Assembly (NCBI GenBank): GCA_016748015.1
Contig: JAAOMT010000128.1
Span: 69,538-133,537, forward strand
Direction: 5' to 3'
Source: Geosiphon pyriformis uo1
Taxonomy: Eukaryota; Fungi; Glomeromycota
DNA length: 64,000 nt
Within the stretch, counting starts at the first letter, position 1. Each line of letters opens with the position of its first letter. Under the pieces are notes generated by a model, which had not been told where the DNA came from, made no database searches, and saw only the letters and a list, made by a program, of their open reading frames with translations. This document shows positions 15,451 through 28,969 of this stretch, one piece after another. The translations under genes and the position numbers were made by a program.

Positions 15451-16289
15451 ATTTAATTATTAGTTATTTATATATATATTAGCTTATAAAATAGTATTAT
15501 TAATTATTAATGTATTTTAAAAATTTTAAAAATTTAAAAGTTTTAAATAAATAGAGTTTTTTATATAAAAAAATTTATTAATAATTGTTAATAATTGTTA
15601 ATAATACTTAATATTTTAACTTTTTTGATATAATAACTGGTTTATTATAGTGTTTTTTATTTTTTTAATAACTAATCTAATAAATTAATTTTATTTTTAT
15701 TTTTGTGTTTTTTATCAAACAATCTTTAATGTTATAATTTTATCATTTTTTTTAATTGATAAAACAAATAAATAAAACAAAACAAAACAAAAAATAATAA
15801 TAAAAATAATAAAATAGAAAATTAGTATTTTATCAATCATTATAATTAAGAGTTATTGTTTTAATATTGTTAAATTTTATAAATTAATACTATTAATATT
15901 AGTTAATAATAAGTAATTTTAAATAAATTGGAGATTAAATTATAAAATTTAAATAATAAATAATTGGTTTATTTTTATTAAACTAAATTTTACTTTAAAT
16001 ATTAGATTTTTAATATTAAAATAATTTGGTAAAATTTAATAAAAAAGTTTTTATTTTTTTGCTTTTAATATTATTTTTATATATATAAATTTTTATATTG
16101 TAAATTTTTTGGAATTATTAATAATTCTTAAATTTTTTTTGAATTATTCTGGTACTTTTGTTAATATTTTTAAAATTTTAGCATTTTTTAAAACTTTAAA
16201 AATTTTTTTGGTATTTTTAAAATTTTTATTATTATGTTATTTAATAACTCTTAATATATAATTGTTTTTATATTACTTTATAAGTAATA

Positions 16290-17215
16290 ATATTTATTAT
16301 TATTATTATTTTATAAGTAAAGCCCAAATATTATTTAGCACAATACATTAAACTAAGTAATCTAAACTAAGTACAAATCATGTATTTTCTATATATAATT
16401 AGCCACTTGGACCAATTAGAACAATACTATAAATTTATCTTAACAGAAATTATATAATCAATACCAGAAAAAAAACTGCAAAGCTTACAAAAACCAAAAC
16501 TAATATCATGCACCTCTGTAATTCCAAGCAACTTAATAATATTATTAAAGAGCAAAATTAAAAGACTACAAATCTTTGAAGGCACAAAACCATTATGTAC
16601 AATCAAATTTTTTTTCTTTATAAATGCTTTATATTTAGTTTTCATCAATTACACTTTAGTTTAATGAACTATTTTCAAATTTTGTACCAAATTAACAATT
16701 TTTTGTTAGTGGTTTTAGTACAACCAAAAACAGAAACAGTCTCTAAATAATATTTTCTAAACACAAAACTTTTGCACAAAGCAATATACATAACATTGTT
16801 AGAAATACACAAGAAAAATAATTGTAAAATATAAAACAATAATAAGCTTAAGTCTAATACAAAACTCCATTAAACTAAATATAAATTAAGCAGTTTTTTA
16901 CAAATACCAAAGTTTATTATGCACATAAAAAAATGATCAAAAAGCTCTATTTCCTTATAATATAGACATAATACACTAGAATACTTTCTGTTATATAAGT
17001 ATTTACAAACAACAATTGGTAAATAATAATGCAAAGTCTTTATAAAATATAAATACAAACTAGCAGTAGTTTTACTTATAAAACCAGATGTCATATACAA
17101 GTTAGAGTGCCAAACCAACAAAGTCTAAACTCAATTCACATTCTTAATTATGTTTTTACTAATAATACTAAAACCAAATCCAACTTCTTAATAAGCACAA
17201 TGAACAATTCTAATA
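16290..17215 (-). mobile_element. LINE copy D, 3' fragment with (TAA)n tail
   Basis: ORF2 C-terminal remnants 16427-17121, the conserved 3' UTR, and (ATT)n on the + strand at ~16292-16310. It abuts a truncated LTR. Confidence 0.85.
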
Positions 17216-18243
17216 TAATTATGTATAATTTGAAATATATATATATATAATAGTTTTCTAATTAAAAAAAAACAGACAAAAAAATAATAATAAAAAATAA
17301 AAAGTCAATTAGATAAAATAAAAACAAAAAAAAGGTAAAAGAATTAGATTATAATTCCAAAAAAAGCTAAACAGTATGCTTGTCAAGCTTTGTATTATCT
17401 ACTAATATTAAGATCAGTGAAATTAAAAATTTTTTTTCTTTATAATCTGGTTCTCTGCAAACAATTAAAAAAACCACTACCTCTTCTTTCTACTATTGTC
17501 TTTCTATTGAAAAAAAACAATAGTAAAAACATCCAATACACTAACAAAAGCACAAACAAAATCCAAGCTTAACAAGATTAAAAACACATTAAAAGAATAT
17601 TAAATACATGAAATTATCTAGAAAATACTTGTAATATCTTGGCCAAAATTAACAATTGACTTAAAAATCTAGAACAAGCTTTTCATATATTTGGAAAAAT
17701 AATCTCTGATCAAGATTATTTTACAAATACTAATTTTTGTTGAATTCTACTTTTTATTTTTAATCTTTTTTGAATTTATTAAAAATAGAGTATTACTTTA
17801 TTACAAACAAAAAAATACAGATTTTTTATATTAGCACAAGATAAAAAAATATCTTTATGAGAATTTCAAAAAAAAACACAATTAAAAGTGTAAAAATATG
17901 ACAGGAATTTTTTTTGAAGAACTAGTATAGCATTAATTACCAACAGCAATTTCAATAGAAATATTATACCACATACCAAATTTAATAACAAAAACACTTA
18001 TCAAAGAAAATTATTTAATATTTACTAGAAAGTTAAGAAAACTTATTAAGCTAACTTTCAGATTCTTAAATAAAAAAATAATAATAATATATTAAACAAA
18101 AATTCAGCATAAATTAAAAGTAACATTAATCTACTTATTTCTGTGTTAAAATTAGATAATTTACTATATTATTATTTAATCTAAAAAACCATAAGAATTA
18201 ATTATAACACAACTACTAAAACATAGAAAAAACACATGTAATA
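17216..18243 (+). repeat. 5' LTR of Gypsy 4 (first ~250 bp missing)
   Basis: Direct repeat of ~23380-24394. Ends ...CATGTAATA (decayed GTAACA) just before the PBS. Confidence 0.85.
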
Positions 18244-21200
18244 TTTAGTGTTCACTCCAAAGTTTAATTTTAATTTATCCAAACCATTTAAATTTTAACA
18301 ATAATTAATTGTATAAATTAGTAAATCAAAGTAGTAAAACCAGTAACAATTACTAATTCTTTCAGTTAAAATCTATATTATTAATTTTAAGAAAAATTGA
18401 GATTATTTGATAATTATTCTCTAGTTGAATCAATTTTTAACTACTATGTGCATTATTAAATTCAATACTTATTTGGGCAAAATCCAGAACTTCAAAAACA
18501 AAAACAAAGCTTATATCAGAAATTAATTCATTATATCACACTATTTAATACACAATTATTTCCAATAATTCTGATACAAATACACTGAGAAATCAAGAAA
18601 TATATTTAGAAAAAGTTTCTATTTATCTTCAACAAAAACAAAAAAAACAACAGTAATAAAGATAATTAGCTAAAAACTCCAATACAAATATCTTATTAAA
18701 AAATTGTGGATTAACAGCAAATTCTAATCTTATTATATAAAAAATCTTGAGTTATATTATTAAAAGCTTCATTCTATTATCTGTTACTAGATAAATAAAT
18801 TTGTATACTATTAAGAACTGTGTTTTTATCTACTAAAAAAACAATCTCCTAAATTCTTAAATATGTTTATATCTTATTTGAAAAAAAACTCTTTAAAAAA
18901 TTTATTTTAAAAAAATATTAATTATGATTTTTAAATTCACTTCCTCCATAATCAAACTTTTAGATTGCTTAAGAACCTGAGCCTAAATCTGAACCAAAAT
19001 TCGAGTTTGAATATAACCAAGAAAACAAAATATTAAAAAAAGAAAAAATTTTTTTTTTCAAATAAATCAAAACCAGAACCAATAACTTTTTTTGTTTAAA
19101 TACTTGTAAATTCTTAAAAATGATCATCTTCTATATCACAAAATTGACTAACTTTACTATAAAAAAAAGATGCTTATACTTGGATTGAAAAAGCACAAAA
19201 AAAAATTCTAGCAAATAATTAAAATAAGACTTATAATTTCTAGATCTTTTAATTCTTTTTAAAAGACACAATTGATTTCTGATATCAAAATCTGAATTTC
19301 AAACTCAACATTTTTGCACAATTTTAAAATGCATTTCTAGAATATTTTTGCAATTCCAATACTATTATTAAACTCCAAAATAAATTGAGTACTATTAAAC
19401 AACAGTCCAAAAAAACAGTAACTAAATATTTTAGTAAGTTTAATCATGTTTTATAATAGATTAAAGCCATAAAAGACAATTATTACACAGTTTCTCAGAT
19501 TTTTAATTAGTTTGTAAAAGGATTAAAAAGTAGCATCTTAGAACAAGTAAGATTACAATATCCAAGAAATCTATTTTAAACTATTATGTTGGTTTAAAAT
19601 ATTGAGTTAGCCAAAAAAAAAGCTAATCACAATAAAATAGTAAACTTGGTAATGAATAACAATAATACCAAAAAACTAGAAGACAAGATTATTCAACTCA
19701 AGAAGAAATTATTTCAAAAAATAAAAAGTTATTTTGTCAATACCAGATCTCAAATACCAAATTAATATTAATTATTACAACAGCAAAATCAAACACTTTT
19801 CTAAGATCATAACTATTAAAACCCAAATAAGAACTAACAAAATATACTGACATATTATTATTTTTAAAAGCATAGATATATCAAAGCCAAATATCAGTTA
19901 CTGTAATTCCATCAAAATTCATGAAGAAACAATTCATAAAACTTACTTCTTAGCAATTAATACATAATATCTTAGAATTGATACTCAGTATCAATTTAAC
20001 AGTACTCTTAATAATAGCCATTATAACAACAAAATCTGGTCCAACCACAATGTTTAGCTCTATCACAACAACTATGGCAAGCACCAACTCTTAAACCATA
20101 TTCTCAGAAATTGAGTTAAAAAAAAAATTATCCACTTCCAAATTCAAACTCTTTGGATTAGCCAGCAACAAACACAATAATATTATAAAACCTGAGTCAA
20201 AATAATAATAAATAATATAATACATCTATATATTATTAACAAGCATTTTTTAATTTATTCAAACCACAAAATTTTTATAATATGACATCTTACAAAGATC
20301 AAAACATTAGCACTATCAAAAATTTTATTATTAATAACAGTAAAAATATTAGCACAATTTTTTTACAACCATTACCAATAACAAGACATTAGCTGTTATA
20401 TTCTTTTTTAAACTTGAGAAAAAAAAATTCACTTCTACTTTGTTTAATGGAGCCACTTTAAATGAAAATAAACCAATTACTGCTATATACACTAAGATAA
20501 AAGTAGATGATAAATTTATTAAACTGGTTTTAGACAGCAGATTAATAAAAAGCATTATTACTCTTTAATTAATAAACTAATTAAGTTATTAATTTAACAA
20601 AAACATCAGTATCCTTATTATCACTGCTAATAAAGCCAAGAAAATACCAATCAATAAAATTGATTTTTTTTTCTTTAACATAAATAGAATAATTATTTTT
20701 ACTAAAGTATTAATTATAAATACAACTTAATACCAAACACTAATCGAAAATGATTGGTTAGAAAAAGCAAATGCTATTTTGAATTAGTTAATTTAAGAAT
20801 TACAACTAATATATTAAGAACAATATACACAAGTATCTATTACATATAAATATTTTAAAAGAGATTTTTACACAAACAATTTACTCCAATTCGAATTTGA
20901 AGAAACATTGAAAACAAAAGCCATTAAAGTGTATTAGATTATATAGAATAAAAATGACTATAAAAAACTATTACCTGTTTTTGGATGGACTAATAAAATC
21001 TTTAATTTTATATTATTGTATTTTCTTTACTTCTAATATTATTGAAATCATTAACCAAGATTACAATATTTAGTTTGCCAAAAAAAACTATCTTCTATAA
21101 CAGTTTGTATTACTTTACATAAGGATAACTAACAGACTACTTATTATTATTATAATTAATATTATAAAAAAATGTATAAATATTCAAAATAATTGGAAAA

Positions 21201-23125
21201 ATAGAAAAAAACTCCTTATATTACATGTAAAAAATTTTATTTAATGAATACAACTAGATTGATATACAATTTAAAAAAGCTATATGTAATTTTACTTGTT
21301 AATATATTGTTTTTATTACTGACTGGATAAAAAAAAACTTTTTTTGATGTCACTTATAATAGAATTCTAAATTGTATATATTATTACCTACATAATACTA
21401 AACAACTATATAATATAGCTAAAGCAAGTATACAAAGTAGAATGGCCAAAAAAATTGAAGATTAGAAAGCACTGGCAAAAGTCATTAAAAAAGTTATTAA
21501 GTACAACTTTTTAGATTTACTACAAAAATTTCAAGACTACTATTAGAAACTTTGTTTAATATAAAAAGAGCAAAAACAATATCTTATACAGATAAATACT
21601 TATTTGTGTGAAAACTGCTTAATTCTTTGTTAATCACAATAGTGTTTTAACTGTTAGCTCCAATTTGAACTATCTAAAAAAACAGTTCAATCTGAAAATT
21701 ATTCAGACTATGAAACAAGAGATACACCTCACAAACATTAAAGATGCTATCAGACAGCTTGTATATTTCTATTAATTTCCAATAAAAATTGAATATTAAA
21801 TGTTTTATTAACAGCAATTAAAAAATTTTTTTAGAGCAGGTAAAATTAACTAATGCTAAATTTGATCTTTAATATTCTAAAAACCAAACACTAATATTGA
21901 AACCATTTACTATTATTATGATTGACCTAAAATTAGTGTTTAAAATACCAACTGAAGTCATGATACAAATAGCTTTTTAATCTAATTTAGCCAGAAAAAA
22001 AATTAATATTAAAAAAAATTATAGACTTTAAATACATAAGAAATTTTATAGTCTTATTACATAATAAATCAAATTAATCATATGTAATTGAACCAAAAAA
22101 AAATTTGCATAAGCAATTTTTTTACCTTTACTTTAAATTACTAGATTAATTATTATTAAGATCCAAAAAGAGCTAAAAAAAATTAAATATAGAATTCAAA
22201 ATTTTGGTTTTATAAGAACAGTTACACTACTTGTTGATTACATAAAAACAATACAAAAAAACTTAAACATGATTTAATTCAATAGAATAGTTATAATTTT
22301 ACTATTTAGAACATACTTATTTAATACATATAAGAAGACAACAGAAAAAAATTTTTTATTTGAACTACATGCTTTTTTTTGTAAACAATTTTCAATCTGT
22401 CTTATCAATTTGTATATATCATATTATAGCTATCTGTAAATAGAAATACTCATTCACAACTTATTTGAAAAAACTATAAACTTACCTAAAAATACAGTTT
22501 TAAAATATCTGAACACAGATATTATTAATCAACATGAATTTCAGAAAATTTTTGATTTTTTTTAGTTGGTATTATATTGTAAAACTAAACTAACTTCATT
22601 AAAACCAAATACTAAATACTATCAAATAATCAGTAAAAAGTTAATTAAGCTCAATCTTGAATTATTAAACTCTTTACAACAAAAACAATTAAAAGCATTT
22701 ATTTTAAAATACTCAGATATTTTTGCCAAAAAAAATAAATTTGGACAAACCAATTTGGTTTATTATCATATTTATACAGGAAACACATTACTCATTAAGC
22801 AATACATCTATTAAGTACTACTATTTAAACATAATTTTATAAAAAAAAAGTCAATTAAATGTTAAAAAACAGGCTTATACAACTTTTTATAAGCTTTTAG
22901 TCTTTATTTGTTGTTTTAATATGGAAAAAAAATAAAAAAATTCGATTCTGTATCAACTATAAGAAATTCAATAATATTACCAAAAAAAATATTTACTCTT
23001 TACAATAAATTTCAAGATTTGCAAGAATAAATAGTTTAAATAAATATATAGATCTTTATATTAGATGTTAACATTAGAAAAATACACATTAATTTTAATG
23101 AAACTCAATCTTAAAAAGAGAATAA

Positions 23126-24394
23126 TATTATCCAATAAAAATTAACAAAAAAATCAAAAGTAATAATATCATAATATATTAATTAATCATTAAATAATAA
23201 TATAAATAGTACAGATTAACAAATAAAATTAGAAAACATGATATGTACACAATATTATATAAAATGTACACAAATATACTTAATTTAACATAATTATAAA
23301 CAAATAAGCTAAAAAGCACTCATAGTCAAATGGAAAGTCCAGTAGCTTAACAATTATTTACTAATTAGTTAGAATAGGCTTAATTATATATAACTCAAAA
23401 TATATATATATACAATAAATTTTTAACTAAAAAAAAAACAGACAAAAAGAAAAAATAATAAAGAACAAAAAGACAATTAAATGAAATAAAATGAAAAAAA
23501 GATAAAAGAATTGGATTATAATCTCAAGAAAAACTAAACAGTATGCTTACTAAGCTTTGTATTATCCATTAATATTGAGATTAATAGAATTAAAAATTTT
23601 TTTTTTTATAATTTGGTCCTCCATAAATGACTAAAAGAACTATTACTTTTCTCTTTTACTATTGTCTTTCTATTGAAGAAAAACAATAGTAAAAACATTT
23701 AATATGTCAACAAAAACACAAACAAGACCCAAGCTTAACAAGATTGAAAACACATTAAAAGGATATTAAATACATGAAATCACCTAAAAAATACTTGTAA
23801 TATCTTAGTCAAAATTAACAGTTGACTTAAAAATCTAGAATAAGCTTTCTATATTATTAGAAAAATAATCTCTAATTAAAATTATTTTACAAATACTAAT
23901 TTTTGTTGAATTTTACTTTTTATTTTTAATCCTTTTTAAATTTATTAAAAATAGAATACCACTTTACTATAAGTAAAAAAATACAGACATCTGATATTAG
24001 TGTAAAATAAAAAAGTATCTTTATAAAAGTCTTAAAAAAAAACACAATTAGAAATATAAGAATATAACAAGAATTTTTCTTGGAGAACTAACATAGTAGT
24101 GATTACCAACAATAATTTTAATAGAAACATTATGCTACACACCAGAAAAAATTATCTAATACTTGCTAAAAAGTTAAGAAAACTTACTAGGCTAATGTTT
24201 AGATTCTTAAATAAGAGAATAGTAGTAATATATTAAATAGAAATCCAACATAAATCAAAAGTAATGCTAATTAAGATTAATATACTTATTTCTGTATTAA
24301 TATTAAATAATTTATTATATTATTACTTGATCTAAAAAACCATAGAAATTAATCATAATATAACTACTAAAGTATAAGAAAAACACATGTAATA
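23126..24394 (+). repeat. 3' LTR of Gypsy 4
   Basis: Starts TATTAT (decayed TGTTAC) right after AAACTCAATCTTAAAAAGAGAATAA and ends GTAATA. Confidence 0.8.
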
Positions 24395-25310
24395 TTATTA
24401 TAATTAGAAGATTAACAAAAGAAAAAGTTTTTTATTTATAATATTCTTTTAATTTTATTAAACAATTTTAATATATAATTATTATTTTTAATTTTAAAGA
24501 TAATATAAATAATGTTATTATCAAAACTAATATTTTAAAAAAGTATTATATTTAATAAAAAAATATCTTAATATTAAAAATATTTTAAGTATTAAAATTT
24601 TGGCTTTAAACTATAAAATTTTATTATTTTTTTCTTTTAAAATTTTGTTTTAATTTGCAATTTCTTTAAAAAATTTTAAATTACATTTTATTAAAGTTAA
24701 ATTTTATGTTATAATTTCTGTTTTTGCTTTTTTAAATTCTTTTTTTATTGGTTTTTTAACTATTACTGTTGTTATTAATTTTTTACTTGGATTTTATTTG
24801 GTTTTTTTAAAATTTTAATTAAGTGTTTTGGTTTTACTAATTATGTTTATTGTTAAACCAATTGGTGTTTTAGTTACTCTAATTATTATTTTGTTAAATA
24901 TTTTTTTTGCTTTGCATAAAAAGCTTAAAAATATGATTATTATTATTAAAATAAAATTTCTGTTTTTAATAAAGCTTTAAATAAAGTTAGTACAGAATTA
25001 ATTAAAGTTAAAATTAAATATAATATTAAAATTAATTATACTTTTAATAAAAATACTTATATTTAGCTGTTGGTTTTTAAAAACATTAACTAGTTAATAT
25101 TAAGTTAAATACAAATAAAACTATTAAATAATTAAATAATAATAATATTATTTTTAATAGTATATTAATTATAATTATACATAAAATATTTTTTTAAAGT
25201 AGTTTTTATAAATCTAATATAGTTTAGTTTAAATTGAGTTTGTATTTAGTTTATGTAAAATTACATAAATTATATTAGATAATAATTGAATTATGTATTA
25301 ATTAATAATT
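24395..25310 (+). mobile_element. Extremely decayed 3' half of an ORF1-only element (homologous to ~55060-56030)
   Basis: aaaactaatattttaaaaaagtattatatttaataaaaaa matches aaaactaatacactaaaaaagtactgtatctaataaaaaa (~55186). It ends in ttagataataattgaattatg, like the 3' UTR at ~55990. Confidence 0.7.
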
Positions 25311-26399
25311 TATTATTATTATTATTATATTTTATAAGTGAAGTCCAAATACCACCTAGCACAATACATCAACATAATTGATCTAAACTAGATGTGAATC
25401 ATGCTTTTTCTATACATAACCAGCCATTCAAGCTGATTAGAATAACACTAAACACCTATATGAACCAAAACAGGGTCATCAACCCCCCAAAAAAATAAAC
25501 AAGACTTACAAAACCTGAAATAAACACCAAATGTCTCAGCAATACCAAGTAACCTAACAACACCAACAAACAACTCTAAAAACAGACCAGAAATTGAGAT
25601 AGAGACTGAACTGCTTGGTGAAATTAGCCCATTTTTTTCTATAAAGACATGATGCTTAACCTGAACTAACCAAATCTTATCCCTAAAAGTAAGGCAAAAA
25701 TTTCACACAAATTCAATGACTTTTAGATGCACCATTTTGGAGTCACCAAAAATTAACACTGCCTTCCAGAGCCAATCTGCAAAGACAAAACTCTTACAAA
25801 TAATTGTATACACATCAACATTAAAAGCACAAGATAACATTAGTTGAAACACACAAGAAAACAAATGAGAAAAACCAGAAAGTGCTCTCCAAGAAACTGT
25901 ATGAGCATCTAACAACTGGCTATGAACAGACTTGTCAGCCATGCAAAAAAAAATGTGATCTGACATCTCAACATCCCCACAATATAAACATGTTACACCA
26001 GGATAGCATTTGTTGTAAAAACACTTCTATATAGCAACAGAAAGCCAATGATACAGAGCTTTTATAAAATAAGTGTGGACACCAACAGAGAGTCTATTGG
26101 TAAAACTAGCAGCCATATGCAAGTCCGAATGCCACACCAAAGATGAACTGAACCAATCAATGTTCAAAAGCAAACTATTCACCAAAAACCTAGAACCAGA
26201 ACCAGTCTCCCAATAAGCATGATACATGGACCAAAAAATATCATGAACAAAGTGTCTTGAACTACTAAAAACAACCTTATCTTTAGCCAATATATAACAT
26301 TCCTTCAATCAGAGTAGGAGGTGCCATTTAAAAAAAGAAGCAGTATTGACAAATATGTTTGCATATTTATTTTCCAATACACTTGAGTAATCCTTAACC
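25311..26399 (-). mobile_element. LINE copy E, 5'-truncated, (TAA)n tail
   Basis: ORF2 C-terminal remnants 25703-26308 and the conserved 3' UTR. Possible TSD ATTAATAAT at 25301 and 26400. Confidence 0.9.
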
Positions 26400-26852
26400 A
26401 TTAATAATAATAATAATAAAAATATTTTATCAAAAACAAATTAAATATTACAAATATTATTATATTTAATTTATGTTGATTATTTTATAATTTTTTAAAA
26501 ATTTTTTTTTTAAAATTAAGTATTTAAAAACTATATTTTTTTAATAATTAATTAAAAATTTTGGTTTTTTGGTAATTTAATTTGTTTTTTGTATTTTTAA
26601 TAAGAAATAATTTTTTTTTAAATATAATATTAAGTTGATTTTTATTTTAAAAACAAATATTAATAATATTATAATTTTTTTTTACTTTATAAATATTTTT
26701 ATAAAATCTTTTTTTGGTTTTTTATTTTATTAAACATTTAATGAGTGAAGCCCAACCACTATTTAGTACATAGAGCCAAACTGAGACTCAAACTAAACAT
26801 AATTCACACACTTTTTACATGTGGCTAGCCACTTAAGCCAGACAAGGCAACA

Positions 26853-28969
26853 CTACATACTTATATTAACCTGTACCCAACCACCCAGGCCAGAAAAAAA
26901 ACAACATGGTTTACAATGACTAAAGCAAACAACAAAAGATTCAATCATTCCAAGCAATCTAATAACACCATCAGACAATACTGAGGATACTTCATGAGAG
27001 AGCTCAGAAACAACCCTACTATTGCAAACCAAACCAGCCTTCTCCATAACCACCCGGTGACTAGACCTTACCAATCACATCTTGATACAATGCAATTTCA
27101 CAACAAACCTTACGAAATCAACAATCTGAGCAAGAGCCACCTTTCTATTATCAAAAACACTACAAGCTTCCTGATACCAATCATTCAACACAAACCCTTT
27201 GCAGACCAGAGTGTACAATCCAACATCGACAGAGCATTGAAATAAAACCTGCAACATGGCAAATGAAGAAACATTGAAAACACCAGCCAAGGCAGACCAA
27301 TAGACAGAAGCCTCAGCCAAGATCTTATCATAAACACTGGATTCATGAACACAAGTAAAAGCATAGTTAAAGAACTTTACACCACCACATAGCAAACACA
27401 ATACACCAGGGTAGCACTTATTATACAACTTTTTTCTAACTGCCACCAGCAACCTTCTGTGTACAGCTTTCATAAGATAAGTATGAAGCATCGAAAATTT
27501 ATAATTAGTGAAGCCAGCGAGCATATAAGAGTCAGAATGCCACACCTTTGCTGTAACAACCCAGTTGATGCAACCAATTAATGCATCAGGAATCACATCA
27601 TAACCAGGACCAGCTTTCCAATGGACATAACAAATTGACCGAAAAATATCCCTGACAAAATGACGGGCATTACCAGAAACAGCAGTACCTTCAGCAACCA
27701 GAAAATGTTCATGCACACCAGCCAACAGTGAAAAAGAAGATCCAGAGGCAGCCTGAGCAGCCAAGTCAGCTCTCTCATTACCAGAAACCCCAGAATGGCT
27801 CTTCACTTTAACCCAACTCACAACAAAATCCTTATCTCTGATTAGATTGAAAATATGATGTCTTTTTAGCCAGCATTAATTATGGAAATCAGGGCAGGCC
27901 AGAGACAACTCAGACACACAAGCATTAATGGCAACTTGGCTGTCAAGATGCAGCACCACAGTACTTAAAGAAAGAACACATTCCAAAGACAAAGTGACAG
28001 TCTGCAACTCAGCCATAGTAGATGACAAAAGACCATAAACAGCAACACCAACACTCAGATCCAGTGCCGGAAAGTACACAGCAGCACCATTGGCAACCTC
28101 AGCAGAGCCAACATTCCTCAAAGACCCATCTGTAAAAACTTCAAAAAAACCAGACCAAACGTCATGCAATCTATCCTTAACAGCAGAAAACTCCCCAGAT
28201 CCCAAAATGTTCAAGCTGCACAACTCATCAGAGCCAGCAGAGCAAGAAGATGAGAAGCCCTGGCCCTTCAAAAACTCAGAAGAAACCACAAACCAGTGAG
28301 GTACAGAACCATGCAGATCCAATCTCTTTCAATGGCAAAAAGTCTTCCAATCCAACAAGCCATCTTTTTTATTGAAAAGCTGATCACCAAAAGCAACACC
28401 AAAATGCTTAAGAGATTTAACCAAATCAAAGTACAGGAACTTCCCAAGAATAGATGATAAAGGAAAGCAACCAGGACTATGAAACGCAGTGGGGAGATTG
28501 TTTACCAAAGACAATTCATTGTTCAAAAAAATTTTCACCACCCCAGCCAAAAAATTGTTTATTGAATTAATGCACAACCTGACAGAGAACTGCAAAGGAT
28601 CCAAAGGAGCCCAACCAAGAACTTGCAAATCCAAAAATCTATGACTAAACAAATGCTTGAGAATACCAGAAGCATTAAAGAACACAATCAGAGCAGCCAT
28701 TTTCTCTTCAGACTGCACTTGTTTAAAAGGTTTCAGCCCATATAATAAAGAATGATGGAAAGCAGCATCAGGAAAATCACAGGGAAGACAAGCTTTAGAT
28801 CTGAAACACTTCCTAACTAAGACATCCCACTTGCAACAAACATTAGAAGAGACAAAATTGAACTGCATACAATAGCTGACAATTGGCTGCAAGACAACTA
28901 AAACCAAATACAAAAACTGCTTATCAGTAATAGCCTTTCTTAGCACAACATTAACAAAGAAACAAATGT
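26853..28969 (-). pseudogene. LINE F ORF2 3' part: RT thumb region, RNase H, Cys/His motif
   Basis: VFTDGSL...SSTMAELQ...LDSQ...WVKVKSHSGVSGNERADLAA is a type I RNase H. CLLCGG..F..AFTC follows. Only in-frame stops interrupt it. Confidence 0.93.

Larger units (their letters stand above)
17216..24394 (+). mobile_element. Ty3/Gypsy element 4, heavily decayed and internally deleted (gag-PR-Cys domain-dUTPase-RT start only)
   Basis: Direct repeats 17216-18243 and 23126-24394. PBS remnant TTTAGTGTTCACTCC at 18244. Remnants of gag (~19130-19700), PR (KLVLDSR, ~20520), dUTPase (~21810-22220) and RT start (KIRFCINY, ~22940). PPT ~23113-23125. Confidence 0.85.
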
